Origin: Candidatus Latescibacterota bacterium
GTDB lineage: Bacteria > Latescibacterota > UBA2968 > GCA-2709665
NCBI GenBank assembly: GCA_963667175.2
Contig: CAXXXF010000006.1
Span: 224,001-288,000, forward strand
Reading direction: 5' to 3'
DNA: 64,000 nt
The notes under the pieces are model-generated. The model saw nothing but the letters and a program-made list of their open reading frames with translations. It did not search any database and had not been told where the DNA came from. Position 1 is the stretch's first letter, and every line of letters starts with the position of its first letter. The translations under genes and the position numbers were made by a program. This document shows, piece by piece, positions 1-10,321 of the stretch.

Positions 1-596
1 ACCCGCCTCGAAACGACGATATTTCGCCGGTTCTTGTTGAGTTTGATGATTCGAAAGGGGAAAACCTCTCCGATAAATTGATCGAAATTCTTCACCTGTT
101 TGATATCGATCTGAGATCCGGGCAGAAAGGCGTCCACTCCGAACAGATCCACAACGATGCCGCCCTTTATGCGCCGCACCAGCCGGCCCTCGACGATCTG
201 ATCGCTGTCGTACGCGTCCTTTATGCGGTCCCACACCCGCATAAAGTCAGCCTTCTGTTTGGACAGCACAATCTGACCTTCCTGGTCTTCCACGTCTTCG
301 AGATACACCTCGATTTCCTGCCCAACCTCCACTTCCGACGGGTCGGCAAACTCGGAAAGCGGTATGGCGCCTTCGGACTTGAATCCGATATCGACAACGA
401 CGGAACTCTCCGCTACAGCCAGGACGGTTCCGGCGACGATTTCGCCCTCGGTAATATTGCTCATCGTGTCTTCATACAGACTCATCATCGAGGCGAATTC
501 CTCTTCCGAGTATTCGCGCTCGTCCAACGCCTCCAGTGCTTCCTCGGTCGAGGGCTGGGAAGCGGTCTGGGTTGTGGTGTTGTTTTCTTCCGACAT
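1..596 (-). CDS. rpsA: 30S ribosomal protein S1 (N-terminal part, runs off window start)
   Basis: Manual translation from ATG at 596: MSEENN...EGEIVAGTV...VDIGFKSEGAIP...IKGGIVVDLFGVDAFLPGSQID...NRRNIVVSRR. AAGGAGGT RBS upstream; downstream of cmk/plsC. Absent from the ORF track. Confidence 0.95.
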   Translation of the reverse strand, partial: MSEENNTTTQTASQPSTEEALEALDEREYSEEEFASMMSLYEDTMSNITEGEIVAGTVLAVAESSVVVDIGFKSEGAIPLSEFADPSEVEVGQEIEVYLEDVEDQEGQIVLSKQKADFMRVWDRIKDAYDSDQIVEGRLVRRIKGGIVVDLFGVDAFLPGSQIDIKQVKNFDQFIGEVFPFRIIKLNKNRRNIVVSRR

Positions 597-710
597 GATA
601 CAGCGACCTCCTTGGCCGATTCGCAACAGACTGGCGCCCCGGATTTGCAGTTCGGCGAGAGAATACGGGAAAAGGCGGAGACCCGGGCTCCGCAGGGACG
701 TTACCGGCGT

Positions 711-1385
711 TCAAGCATGGCTTCCGTCGCGGGCGGGTCCGATATTCCGCCTGCGCGGCCTCAGGTTACCGATACTGAGCATCACCTCGCTGCTGATGGC
801 GTGGTAGGCGGCCCGCCGCCTGGCGGGCAATCCGGAAGGAGTCGCCTGTATCGGCTTACCGAACCGCACTGTCACGTGGTTCAGACCGACCAGACTCGCC
901 CAGATGTTGACCGTACCGGAAACAAAGACGGGAACCACGGGAACCCGCGCACGGTAAGCCAACATGCCGACGCCGTCTTTGGGCGGCCTCAGCGTAGACG
1001 TCTTGTTGCGCGTGCCTTCCGGCGAAAGAAACATCGCGCCACCGGCTTTCAGGCGCCCCTCGATACTCCGCAACGCGCCGCGGTCTCCACGAGACCGGTC
1101 GATTGGCAGCGCGTTCAGCTTCCGAATCAGCCAGCCGAGAATCGGAACGGGAAATGCTTCCTGCTTGGTAACATACGAAAGTTCCCGGCACGCCGCAACC
1201 CCGATAAATACGGGATCTGCGAAGGAGGCGTGGTTGCTGGCCAGGATGACGCCGCCACTGCGCGGCACGAAGTGACATCCGGCGACGCGCAACCGGAACA
1301 GGCAACTGCATGCTCCGACGCCCAACGCCCAGATGAATCGGTAAAAGAGATTGTCCCGACGGCCGGTGTAGATGTCTGTCCGCAT
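711..1385 (-). CDS. plsC: 1-acyl-sn-glycerol-3-phosphate acyltransferase
   Basis: NHASFAD (NHxxxxD) and SPEGTR motifs; cmk-plsC-rpsA context. Start at ATG 1385 chosen to avoid overlap with cmk. Confidence 0.85.
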   Translation of the reverse strand: MRTDIYTGRRDNLFYRFIWALGVGACSCLFRLRVAGCHFVPRSGGVILASNHASFADPVFIGVAACRELSYVTKQEAFPVPILGWLIRKLNALPIDRSRGDRGALRSIEGRLKAGGAMFLSPEGTRNKTSTLRPPKDGVGMLAYRARVPVVPVFVSGTVNIWASLVGLNHVTVRFGKPIQATPSGLPARRRAAYHAISSEVMLSIGNLRPRRRNIGPARDGSHA

Positions 1386-1407
1386 TGTGGACCCGTGGAT
1401 CTGTTTT

Positions 1408-2088
1408 CTATATTCCGCGCTCGAGGGCAAGTTCCACCACACGGGTTGTCTGCGCTTCGACGCTCATGCCGGTGGTATCCACCTTGATTGCATCCGTCGC
1501 CGGCCAGGGTCCCGTTCGCCTTTGGGTGGCCCTGTCGCGCGCGTCTCGTTCGCGGATCTGTCCCTTCAATTCGTCCAGGTCCATTGCGACGCCGCCATCG
1601 AGCAACTCACGTTGTCGGCGCCGCGCCCGCTCGGCGACGTCTGCCACCAGAAATATCTTCAGCTCGGCTTCCGGAAAAACTGCAGTGCCCGTATCCCGGC
1701 CCTCCAGTACGATGCCGCCCCCGAGCCCTAACTCCTGCTGGCGAGAAACGAGTATCTTCCGGACTTCCGAGTGCACGGCCACCCGGGAGGCGGCATCGGA
1801 AACATCCGCCGAACGGATCTCTCCGGTCACATCCTCGCCGTTGATCAGAACCCGCTGGCCACCGTCCTCCAGGCGAAAATCAAAATCCACCGCGGCCGCG
1901 GTCCCGGCGGCCGCGGCTGCATCGTCAGGGCTGAGGCCGGTACGAATCAGAGCCCAACCCAGAGCGCGGTACATGGCGCCGGTATCCAGATAGAGATATC
2001 CGAGCCTGTTGGCGACGCAACGAGCCGTGGTGCTCTTGCCCGACCCCGCGGGACCGTCGATGGCGATCACGATACCCCTGTTGCCCAT
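1408..2088 (-). CDS. cmk: cytidylate kinase
   Basis: IAIDGPAGSGKST, LDTGAMYRA, EGRDTGT motifs. Confidence 0.95.
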   Translation of the reverse strand: MGNRGIVIAIDGPAGSGKSTTARCVANRLGYLYLDTGAMYRALGWALIRTGLSPDDAAAAAGTAAAVDFDFRLEDGGQRVLINGEDVTGEIRSADVSDAASRVAVHSEVRKILVSRQQELGLGGGIVLEGRDTGTAVFPEAELKIFLVADVAERARRRQRELLDGGVAMDLDELKGQIRERDARDRATQRRTGPWPATDAIKVDTTGMSVEAQTTRVVELALERGI

Positions 2089-2110
2089 AGCAACCCTTCA
2101 CCCCCGATCG

Positions 2111-2860
2111 CTACGGATTCGGGGCCCCTCCACCCGCGTCGACGCCGCGCGCATCCGTTACCCCGCCATCCCCGCCGGGGTCCGACAACGTCCCCGTCGC
2201 GTCACCCGAACCTTCATCCGGATTCCCCGCTTCGTCCACGGGCCGGCCCGTCGCCTGAAGGAACCCACCCGGCGATGACACCGCCGTTGCCCTCTCATCC
2301 AGCAATTCATCCAACTCCCGGACCTTTGGCAAATCCGACAGCGTCTTCAATCCGAAATGTTTTAAAAAGTCCCGTGTCGTCCCGTAAAGCAGCGGACGTC
2401 CGGGGGCATCCGAGCGACCGGCAATGCGGATCAATCCCTTCTCGAGCAGGTGCCGCACCACCCCGTCCACCGACACCCCCCGAATGTGTTCCACCTCGGC
2501 CTTCATGACCGGTTGTTTGAATACGACAATGGCGAGCGTCTCCAGGGCTGCCGACGAAAGCCGGACCGGCGCTCTGTCCTTTAGCAGACCCCGGATCCAG
2601 ACGCCGTATTCCGAATGTACCGTGAACAGGAATCCACCGGCGATTTCGGCGATTCTGAAACTGCGACCGGTCCGGCCGTACTGTTCGTTCAATTCCTCAA
2701 CGTACGCGCGCACGTCCCCGGGCCGCGCCCCGTCAAGCAACGAAGCGATCTGCCTGGCGCCGAGCGGTCTGTCAGACGCCATCAACAGGGCCTCCACAAC
2801 GCCCTGATTCCGTGCCTCTTCGTCCGAGGCGACCGGATCTATGCCGTACGACTCGCCCAT
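2111..2860 (-). CDS. scpB: SMC-Scp complex subunit ScpB
   Basis: LSSAALETLAIV..KQP...VEHIRGV and GRPLLYGTT..FL.HFGL motifs. Confidence 0.93.
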   Translation of the reverse strand: MGESYGIDPVASDEEARNQGVVEALLMASDRPLGARQIASLLDGARPGDVRAYVEELNEQYGRTGRSFRIAEIAGGFLFTVHSEYGVWIRGLLKDRAPVRLSSAALETLAIVVFKQPVMKAEVEHIRGVSVDGVVRHLLEKGLIRIAGRSDAPGRPLLYGTTRDFLKHFGLKTLSDLPKVRELDELLDERATAVSSPGGFLQATGRPVDEAGNPDEGSGDATGTLSDPGGDGGVTDARGVDAGGGAPNP

Positions 2861-2939
2861 TCAATCTCGATTCGATCGAATTACGGACCGACTGAATCCG
2901 CCCGGTTTCCGATCCGCGCCGCCAATGATCGATACACGA

Positions 2940-3743
2940 TCAACGATCGGACGCCGGTTCTGAACCTGGCTCCGTTTCGTCTTCATCCCGCCCGTAAACC
3001 CAGATTTCACCGTCGGAACCGCTTTGCCTGGCAAGCGCCCTCCCGGTCTTGATCATCTCGAGCAGGGCGATGAACGTGACGATGAGAACAATTCGCGGAA
3101 GACCGGCAACCAGATCCGAGAACGGTACCCGATGCCTCTTTTGCAGTATGTTCCCGACGACCTCCATCCGTTCCTCGGTCGTGACTTCCAGTTGATGCAC
3201 CTCGTGGAAATCCGCTTTCGGCGCGGCGATGAGCGCCGTTCGAAACGCCGACATCAGATCGAACAGACTCACCGAACCACAGGCGCCGAACGGATCATGC
3301 TCGGGCTCGTCGATTTCTCGGGTGTCCAGCGCGGCCCCTCGATAAAAGCTGTCCCGATGTAAATCCTGTCTGTCTTCGAGCCAGTTGGCCACTTCCTTGA
3401 ACTGCTGGTATTCCAGCAGGCGCCGCACCAGCTCTTCCCTCGGGTCCTCTTCCTCCTCATCCACGTCGGGGTCCGCCGGCAGCAACATACGTGACTTGAT
3501 CTTCATCAACGTGGCCGCCATAACCAGGAAATCACCGGCAGGCTCCAGATTGAGCGTCTGCATCATCTCCACAAACTCCAGAAACTGCCGTGTGACGTCG
3601 GCGATGGGAATGTCGTAGACGTCCACCTCATCCTTGCGTATCAGAAACAGAAGCAGATCCAGCGGCCCCTCGAAGACGTCCAGCTTCACGCCGTAGGCAT
3701 CCTCGCCGGCATTCACCTGTACTGCCGCAGATTCGGCATTCAT
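2940..3743 (-). CDS. scpA: segregation and condensation protein A (kleisin)
   Basis: FEGPLDLLLFLI, FLVMAATL..IKSRMLLP, TFIALLE. Start uncertain (3743 or 3803). Confidence 0.92.
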   Translation of the reverse strand: MNAESAAVQVNAGEDAYGVKLDVFEGPLDLLLFLIRKDEVDVYDIPIADVTRQFLEFVEMMQTLNLEPAGDFLVMAATLMKIKSRMLLPADPDVDEEEEDPREELVRRLLEYQQFKEVANWLEDRQDLHRDSFYRGAALDTREIDEPEHDPFGACGSVSLFDLMSAFRTALIAAPKADFHEVHQLEVTTEERMEVVGNILQKRHRVPFSDLVAGLPRIVLIVTFIALLEMIKTGRALARQSGSDGEIWVYGRDEDETEPGSEPASDR

Positions 3744-3843
3744 TTCAGCAAACCTCTTCGGCATCTCGACGGATCCAGAGCCCGGGCGCATAACGAAGAT
3801 CATCCCCCGTGTGCTCCGGCTTCCGGGGGCAGGATACCATGTA

Positions 3844-4353
3844 TCAATCCATAAAGAGATACGGCCGCCAGCGCCGGTCGGGCACGCCTATCAACTGACT
3901 GATGGACGTAACCGTACTCGGCCGGCGAGGTCGGCGCAGAAGATTGATTCCTGCCTGTTCCGGCGTCTGATTGCCCTTGAGATTATTGCAGTGCAGACAG
4001 GCGCAAACCAGATTCTCCCACGTGTCACGTCCGTTTCCTGTTCGAGGAACCACGTGGTCGACTGTCATCGGACCCTTTCGGGTACCGCAGTACTGGCACC
4101 GGTGCCCGTCCCGCTTCAAGACGTTTTTCTTGGACAATGCAAGTTGCTTGGGAGCAACGCGGACGTAGAGTCCGAGTCGCACGACGCTGGGCACAGGAAA
4201 CCGTTCGGAAACCGTCCGGACATACAGATCCAGCGCCTCGATGACCTCTGCCCGCCCGCGAAACACGAGAACGATAGCCCGCCGTACGCTGCACACCTGG
4301 ATGGGTTCGTAACTCTGGTTCAAGACCAGAACCGGCCGGTTTAGCAAAGGCAC
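3844..4353 (-). CDS. HNH endonuclease
   Basis: VLVLNQSYEP N-terminus, RD..RCQYCG, TVDHVVP, WENLVCAC..CN..KG. Confidence 0.9.
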   Translation of the reverse strand: MPLLNRPVLVLNQSYEPIQVCSVRRAIVLVFRGRAEVIEALDLYVRTVSERFPVPSVVRLGLYVRVAPKQLALSKKNVLKRDGHRCQYCGTRKGPMTVDHVVPRTGNGRDTWENLVCACLHCNNLKGNQTPEQAGINLLRRPRRPSTVTSISQLIGVPDRRWRPYLFMD

Positions 4354-4489
4354 ACACCCCCTCTGTCTACAGCCCGGGGCAAGGAAGATCGAACGCCGCT
4401 GAAGTGGTCGTACCGCATTGCGGTTGACCCGGCCCGCATGGTGTCGTCAGCAGACCGGACATGCGTTGTTGATTCCTCTTAACAGATGA

Positions 4490-4518
4490 ACAATAAAGCC
4501 TTTACGCGACGATGTCAA
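4490..4518 (-). promoter_or_regulatory. sigma70-type promoter for HNH-scpA-scpB block
   Basis: TTGACA-N17-TATTGT on minus strand. Confidence 0.6.
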
Positions 4519-4597
4519 GCGGGCGCCGCTCACGGGACCGGCACCGGGCGGCCGGGGCGATTCGACGGCCGAGTGGTGAGGTGTCTTCGCGACAGGG

Positions 4598-4984
4598 CTA
4601 GTACTCGTCGATAAGCTCGCCATAGGCCTGTGGGCTAAGAAGCGTTTCAAGTTCGTCGTCTCGGGTCATCCGAACCACGATCATCCAGCCCTCGCCATAT
4701 GGATCCGAGTTGATCGGAACCGCGTCTTCGCCGAGTTCCTCGTGGACCTCAAGCACGACGCCGGTCACGGGCGCGTACAGGTCCTCCACGGTCTTCACCG
4801 CCTCGATCGTCCCAAAGGGCTCGCCCTGCTCGATCTCATCACCGGCTTCCGGCAATTCGGCAAAGACAATATCTCCCAATTCACCCTGCGCATAGTCAGT
4901 AATGCCTATCGTGCCCCGTTCACCCTCGATACGAATCCATTCGTGCTCTTGCGTGTACAGGAGGCCTTCCGGAATCTCCGACAT
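4598..4984 (-). CDS. gcvH: glycine cleavage system H protein
   Basis: HEW, GITDYAQ.ELGDIVF, IEAVKT (lipoyl-Lys), INSDPYGEGW. Confidence 0.95.
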   Translation of the reverse strand: MSEIPEGLLYTQEHEWIRIEGERGTIGITDYAQGELGDIVFAELPEAGDEIEQGEPFGTIEAVKTVEDLYAPVTGVVLEVHEELGEDAVPINSDPYGEGWMIVVRMTRDDELETLLSPQAYGELIDEY

Positions 4985-5078
4985 AATTGATGACTCCCGA
5001 AAGAAGGTGTGGAATCCCGGTCGGGTCGCAAGCCGACCGGTCAGCCATTATCGTATGGAAACGGGCGTCGGCCGAGGC

Positions 5079-6437
5079 TCAGACGCCATACCCCAACCTG
5101 ACCACGAACTCCGTGTCGATCCGAGCCCCTCGGAAATCCGCGTGCCGCATCGCCTTGAGATGAAAAGGAATGGTTGTCGGGATCCCCTCGATCACGAACT
5201 CCTCGAGCGCGCGGGCCATGCGCACCGTTGCTTCCTCCCGTGTGTCTCCATACGCCAGCAACTTGGCGAGGAGCGAATCGTAGTGGGAAGGCACACGATA
5301 ACCGGCATACGCATGTGAATCGATACGGATGCCCGGCCCGCCGGGCGCATGGAAGGTGCTGATTTCCCCCGCGGACGGTCGGAAGTTGTGATCGGGATCC
5401 TCCGCGTTGATGCGGCACTCGATGGCGTGCCCCGAGGGCTGTATGTCTTCCTGGGCAAACGGAAGCGGCTCGCCCGCGGCGACCCGGATCTGCGTCTTTA
5501 CCAGGTCGATGCGCGTCACCAACTCGGTAACGGGGTGCTCTACCTGAATGCGGGTGTTCATTTCAAGGAAAAAAAAGGCGCCGGACGCATCCAGCAGGAA
5601 TTCCACGGTTCCAGCACCCGTATAACCGACCGCCCTTGCGCCCGCAACGGCTTCTTCGCCCATCCGCCGGCGCAGTTCCTCGTCGACCACGGGTGAAGGA
5701 GACTCCTCGATCAGCTTCTGATGGCGCCTCTGGATGGAACACTCGCGCTCACCGAGATGCACGATATTCCCGGCCTGGTCGCCCATCACCTGGATTTCCA
5801 CGTGTCGGGGCGTCACAACTTCCTTTTCCAGATAGAGCGTGCCCGAGGTGAACGCCGCGGACGCCTCGGCCTGTGCCGCGTTCCAGGCCCGTTCGAGGCC
5901 GTCCTCCGAATTCACGGTGCGCATACCTCTGCCACCGCCTCCGGCAACGGCTTTCAAGCGAATCGGATAACCGATTTCTTCGGCGGCACGCTCCGCTTCC
6001 TCAAGGGTGTGCAATACCCCCGTCCCCGGCGCTACCGGCACGTCCGCGGCCAGCATCGTTTCCCGGGCAACGGCTTTGTCACCCATCCGGCGAATGGCCT
6101 CCGGAGACGGTCCGATGAACACGAAGCCGCAGGAAGCGCACATCTCGGCGAAATCCGCGTTTTCCGCCAATGGACCGTACCCCGGATGGATTGCATCGGC
6201 ATTGGTCACCTCGGCGGCGCTCAGAATACGCGGGATGTTCCGGTAGCTCTGATCTCCAGGAGGTGGCCCGATGCAGACGTCCTCATCGGCAACCCCGATA
6301 TGCAGCGAATTGGCATCGGCTTCCGAATGTATGGCAATTGTTCGGATGCCGAGTTCCTTGCATGCCCGGATGACACGCACGGCGATTTCGCCCCGGTCGG
6401 CAATCAGGATCTTATTGAATAAGGGAGTGGGTGACAC
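5079..6437 (-). CDS. accC: acetyl-CoA carboxylase biotin carboxylase subunit
   Basis: [53 protein letters not shown]; follows accB. GTG start at 6437 is an estimate. Confidence 0.92.
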   Translation of the reverse strand: MSPTPLFNKILIADRGEIAVRVIRACKELGIRTIAIHSEADANSLHIGVADEDVCIGPPPGDQSYRNIPRILSAAEVTNADAIHPGYGPLAENADFAEMCASCGFVFIGPSPEAIRRMGDKAVARETMLAADVPVAPGTGVLHTLEEAERAAEEIGYPIRLKAVAGGGGRGMRTVNSEDGLERAWNAAQAEASAAFTSGTLYLEKEVVTPRHVEIQVMGDQAGNIVHLGERECSIQRRHQKLIEESPSPVVDEELRRRMGEEAVAGARAVGYTGAGTVEFLLDASGAFFFLEMNTRIQVEHPVTELVTRIDLVKTQIRVAAGEPLPFAQEDIQPSGHAIECRINAEDPDHNFRPSAGEISTFHAPGGPGIRIDSHAYAGYRVPSHYDSLLAKLLAYGDTREEATVRMARALEEFVIEGIPTTIPFHLKAMRHADFRGARIDTEFVVRLGYGV

Positions 6438-6480
6438 GACTGATTCGGTGGGACGGCGGCCGGAGCCGCCGAAGAGGTGT

Positions 6481-6960
6481 TTACAGCGGCTCGATGAGGA
6501 AAAGAGGCGTATTGTATTCGACCGGATTGCCATTCTCAACAAGGACCCGGACCACCCGGCCCTTTGCATCCGCTTCGATTTCATTCATAATTTTCATGGC
6601 TTCGATGATGCAAATTGTCTGTCCGACCGACACGACGTCGCCCTCTTCCGCAAAGGGCGGCGAGTCCGGGTTGGGCGCACGATAGAACATGCCTACCATC
6701 GGCGAACTTATGCTGTGCAACCCTTCTGTCTCGTCCGGCTCGGCGGCCACAGAGATTTCGTCGGCGTCGGCTGACTGCGAAGCCGTGGATGCCTGGGAAA
6801 CCGGCTGGACCGTGGATGCGCTGATTCCCGCGGCGACTCGTATTTTTCGAAGCCCAAGCACGCCACGCTCGATTTCAATCTCACGGACCTGGTCTTCTCC
6901 GACCAGGTCGATCAGCTGCTGCAGGGTCTCCATCGACGCTTTGGAGAGTTTCACGCGCAC
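6481..6960 (-). CDS. accB: biotin carboxyl carrier protein
   Basis: [11 protein letters not shown] and [11 protein letters not shown] biotinylation motif. Confidence 0.95.
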   Translation of the reverse strand: MRVKLSKASMETLQQLIDLVGEDQVREIEIERGVLGLRKIRVAAGISASTVQPVSQASTASQSADADEISVAAEPDETEGLHSISSPMVGMFYRAPNPDSPPFAEEGDVVSVGQTICIIEAMKIMNEIEADAKGRVVRVLVENGNPVEYNTPLFLIEPL

Positions 6961-7104
6961 TCCTTACGAAAGAACGACGGCAGGCAACGGATGTCCGGTT
7001 TCAGCGACGCGTTACGACTCGCCAAACCGTTTCCGGGACGGTACGCCTATGGAACGGGTCACGTCGGCCCCGATGCCCCGATGCCGGGTTCCGACGATTC
7101 AGGT

Positions 7105-7662
7105 TCAAATTCGCTCGACGTACGTCTCTGTTCGGGTATCGATTTTCAAAACGTCGCCCCGTTCCACAAACAGGGGCACCTGGACCGAAGCTCCCGTTTC
7201 AAGCACGGCCGGTTTGCTTCCGCCGCTGGCGGTATCTCCACGCAACCCGGGGTCCGTTTCCGTTACTGCGAGTTCGACAAAAATCGGCAGCGCGACGCTC
7301 ACGGCGTTCTGCTCGGCGACCAGAATTTCGAGAATCTCGTTCTCTTTCAGATATTTGACCGCGTTTCCCATCACCTCGGGAGACAGTTCATACTGATCGT
7401 AGGTCTCATTATCCATAAAACAGTAGAGATCTCCGGACTGGTAGAGGAACTGCATCTTTCGCCGTTCCAGCCGAACGTCATCCACCTTGTCTCCTGAACG
7501 GAACGTCCTGTCTATCATTGCGCCCGTTTTCACACGCTTGAGGCGAGTTCGCACGACGGCAGCGCCCTTGCCTGGCTTGAAATGCTCGAATTCGACCATA
7601 TAATAGAGATCGCCGTCCAGACGCAAGACCATCCCATTTCTGAATTCAGAGGTTGAAACCAT
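7105..7662 (-). CDS. efp: elongation factor P
   Basis: KPGKG loop, PGLRGDTASGGSKPA, IDTRT..YVER. Confidence 0.97.
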   Translation of the reverse strand: MVSTSEFRNGMVLRLDGDLYYMVEFEHFKPGKGAAVVRTRLKRVKTGAMIDRTFRSGDKVDDVRLERRKMQFLYQSGDLYCFMDNETYDQYELSPEVMGNAVKYLKENEILEILVAEQNAVSVALPIFVELAVTETDPGLRGDTASGGSKPAVLETGASVQVPLFVERGDVLKIDTRTETYVERI

Positions 7663-7671
7663 CGTTCGGAA

Positions 7672-8418
7672 TTATCCTCCCGCCCACGCACCTTCCAATT
7701 TCTGAAGTTCCTTCAGCCGCTTCTTTATCGTCTTATTGTCCGGTTCACGCTCTCGGACCTGCGTCAGGACAGCCACTGCTTCTTCGATCAAACCCTGAGC
7801 CACGTAAAGTTCGGCAAGGGTCGAGGTAGCGATCGGTGCGATTCCGTAGCCGGCGTCGGATGACGCGGCCGGGGCCCCGGCAGAACCGCGCCGGCCCGGA
7901 AGGTCCTGCAGCAGATGTGAAAAGTCTTCACCCTGGCCCGAGACCCGCTGTGCCGTGCCACTGTCTGCGGACGCCTCGCGCCCGGACCCGATGCCGGATC
8001 CGGAAGCCGGTTCGTCATCCGTACGTACGCCGGAATCCATCTCGGCAACCAGCAGTCGGCTCATCGGATCTACCGCGAGCGCGGACTTGAAATACTGCAG
8101 CGCCCGTTCCTCGAAGCCCAGTCTTCTTTCGACCATGCCGAGCAGCCAGCAGGCGGCAGGATTGTCCTGATCCAGCACGAGCGTATCGTGAAATTCCCGG
8201 CGGGCTTCATCCAGGCGTCCCGCCGCCAGGTGACACCTACCCATGACGAGATGGCCGGTAGGGTAAAACGGGCGGTATCTGAGGCCCTCCCGGCAGATCT
8301 CCGTTGCACGGCCCACGTTTCCCGATCGCAGCATCCCGTCGGCGAGACGGGCAAACAGGATCGACGCGGGATTCTTTCCGCATATTCGTTCAAGCTGTGC
8401 AATAGATGTGGCCGTCAT
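7672..8418 (-). CDS. tetratricopeptide repeat protein
   Basis: TPR-like helices, low-complexity linker, C-terminal IATSTLAELYVAQG. Confidence 0.75.
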   Translation of the reverse strand: MTATSIAQLERICGKNPASILFARLADGMLRSGNVGRATEICREGLRYRPFYPTGHLVMGRCHLAAGRLDEARREFHDTLVLDQDNPAACWLLGMVERRLGFEERALQYFKSALAVDPMSRLLVAEMDSGVRTDDEPASGSGIGSGREASADSGTAQRVSGQGEDFSHLLQDLPGRRGSAGAPAASSDAGYGIAPIATSTLAELYVAQGLIEEAVAVLTQVREREPDNKTIKKRLKELQKLEGAWAGG

Positions 8419-8448
8419 CGTCTCACCACCCCGTCTGAACCGGATCGA

Positions 8449-8477
8449 AGTATAGGAAAAAGCCCGATGCTTGTCAA
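8449..8477 (-). promoter_or_regulatory. sigma70 promoter of TPR-efp-accBC-gcvH operon
   Basis: TTGACA-N17-TATACT. Confidence 0.75.
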
Positions 8478-8629
8478 GGCCGCGACAATGCGCCCGTCCC
8501 TCGACCTCCGCGCCGTGCGAACAGGCGCGTTTCAGTACCGCGGCAAAATGCCGCGACAGGGTTCAACGATGCTGCAATCCGGTTTTACCCAGCGCCCGGC
8601 CGCCGGGCCGGATTTGTCCTGGAATTGGC

Positions 8630-8658
8630 TTGTGTGAATTTGGGCGATGTGCTATATT
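8630..8658 (+). promoter_or_regulatory. probable extended -10 promoter of chrA-like/bioB/mnmG operon
   Basis: TTGTGT-N17-TATATT with TG upstream of -10. Confidence 0.45.
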
Positions 8659-8713
8659 CAAAGCCGTTTCAGGCGCATTTTCGAGCCTGCTCCGTCCGCT
8701 CCGGGAGGCGGCT

Positions 8714-9235
8714 ATGGAACTCATCAAGCTGTTTGTCTCGTTCACGAAAGTCGGGTTTTTTGCGTACGGGGGCGGGCCGTCGATGATTCCGCTGGTACAG
8801 GAGGAAGTCGTCGACGTGCACGGTTGGATGACCATCGAAGAGTTCACCGACGCGCTCGCGATGGGCTACGCCCTTCCAGGCCCGATCGCGACGAAAATGG
8901 CCGCGTACATCGGTTACCAGGTCGCACAGACACCCGGTCTGGTCGTCGCTCTTTTCGGAACGGTCTTTCCCTCCCTCGTCCTGATGATGATTCTGGGTCT
9001 TTTCTTCATGGCCTATAAGGGGGCGCCCGCAATCCAGGCAATGCTCAAGGCCGTCCGGCCGGCGGTCGTCGGCCTCCTTCTCGTCGTGGTCTGGCAGATG
9101 GCGCCCAAGTCTGTGAGTTCATGGCACACGGGGCTGGTCGCCATCGCGGCTTTTGTCGCGATCCATTTCCTGAACCTTCATCCGGCGGTCGCGATTGTTG
9201 GCGCCGCGGTTCTGGGCCTGGCTGTTTACCGCTAA
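8714..9235 (+). CDS. short-chain chromate transporter (CHR family, single domain)
   Basis: F.KVGFFAYGGG, LPGPIA, hydrophobic helices; GGGAGG RBS before ATG 8714. Confidence 0.85.
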   Translation: MELIKLFVSFTKVGFFAYGGGPSMIPLVQEEVVDVHGWMTIEEFTDALAMGYALPGPIATKMAAYIGYQVAQTPGLVVALFGTVFPSLVLMMILGLFFMAYKGAPAIQAMLKAVRPAVVGLLLVVVWQMAPKSVSSWHTGLVAIAAFVAIHFLNLHPAVAIVGAAVLGLAVYR

Positions 9236-9277
9236 CAATACGACACCCGCAACGCCTTCGAGGGAGCTCGTCTTCGA

Positions 9278-10306
9278 ATGAAGGACTACTCGAGTATTGA
9301 GCGCAAAGCGCTGAAGAACAGATGTTTATCCAATCAGGAGATGTTGGCGGTGCTCGATACGCCAAACGAAGACCTGCTCCTCCTGATCCACGCGGCCTAC
9401 CGCGTTCGCCACCGATATTTCGGAAACGGAGTCCGGCTTCACGTGCTGCAGAACGCCAAGAGCGGACTGTGTCCGGAAGATTGCGCCTACTGTTCCCAAT
9501 CCGCGGTATCCACGGCGGGCATCCGCAAATATCCGCTGTTGCCGAGAGAACAGATCCTTGACGGCGCGAGAAAGGCCAAGGCGGGCAGGGCATTGCGCTA
9601 TTGCATCGTCACCAGCGGAAGAGGCCCGACCGACAGAGAGGTGGAAGCCGTTGCGGACGTCGTGCGCGAGGTCAAACGGACCGTCGACATCGACATCTGC
9701 TGCTGTATGGGGCTGCTGAACGAAGCGCAGGCCAGAACGTTGAAAGCAGCCGGTGTGGACCGGATCAATCACAACCTCAACACGAGCGCCGAACACCACG
9801 CCGATATCGTGACCACCCACACGTACTCGGACCGTTTGAATACCCTCGAGGCCGTCAGGGCCGCTGGCCTCGAGACCTGCTGCGGCGGAATTATCGGGAT
9901 GGGAGAGTCCAGGCGGGACATCGTCGACCTGGCCGTGGCCTTACGGGAACTCGACGTCGATTCGATTCCCGTCAATTTTCTGCATCCCATCGAAGGCACC
10001 CCACTGGCCGGGCGGAAGCCGACGTCGCCGCAGGATGGCCTGAAGGCCCTCTGCCTGTTCCGTTTCGTCAATCCGAACAAGGAAATCCGCATCGCCGGCG
10101 GGCGCGAATTCACGCTCCGATCCCTCCAGGCCCTTGCTCTGTATCCCGCGAACTCCGTCTTTATGGAAGGATATCTGACCACCGGAGGACAATCGACGTC
10201 AGAGACCCATCGTCTTATCGAGGATATGGGATTCGAAGTCGAAGAAAAGCGGCGATCTGAAACCGGATCGGACGCGCCCGTATACGCCGAGGATGCAGGC
10301 TCCTGA
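9278..10306 (+). CDS. bioB: biotin synthase
   Basis: CPEDCAYCSQS radical SAM motif, NHNLNTS, IPVNFL.PIEGTP, AGGRE, GYLTT. Confidence 0.95.
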   Translation: MKDYSSIERKALKNRCLSNQEMLAVLDTPNEDLLLLIHAAYRVRHRYFGNGVRLHVLQNAKSGLCPEDCAYCSQSAVSTAGIRKYPLLPREQILDGARKAKAGRALRYCIVTSGRGPTDREVEAVADVVREVKRTVDIDICCCMGLLNEAQARTLKAAGVDRINHNLNTSAEHHADIVTTHTYSDRLNTLEAVRAAGLETCCGGIIGMGESRRDIVDLAVALRELDVDSIPVNFLHPIEGTPLAGRKPTSPQDGLKALCLFRFVNPNKEIRIAGGREFTLRSLQALALYPANSVFMEGYLTTGGQSTSETHRLIEDMGFEVEEKRRSETGSDAPVYAEDAGS

Positions 10307-10321
10307 CACCTCTACCAACCC

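Noticed and set aside
78-1487. 469-aa plus-strand ORF and other long ORFs opposite real genes (e.g. 22645-24279, 31511-33355, 34270-35994, 61680-62984)
   Set aside because: Antisense shadows of well-supported genes in a GC-rich genome; no protein motifs.
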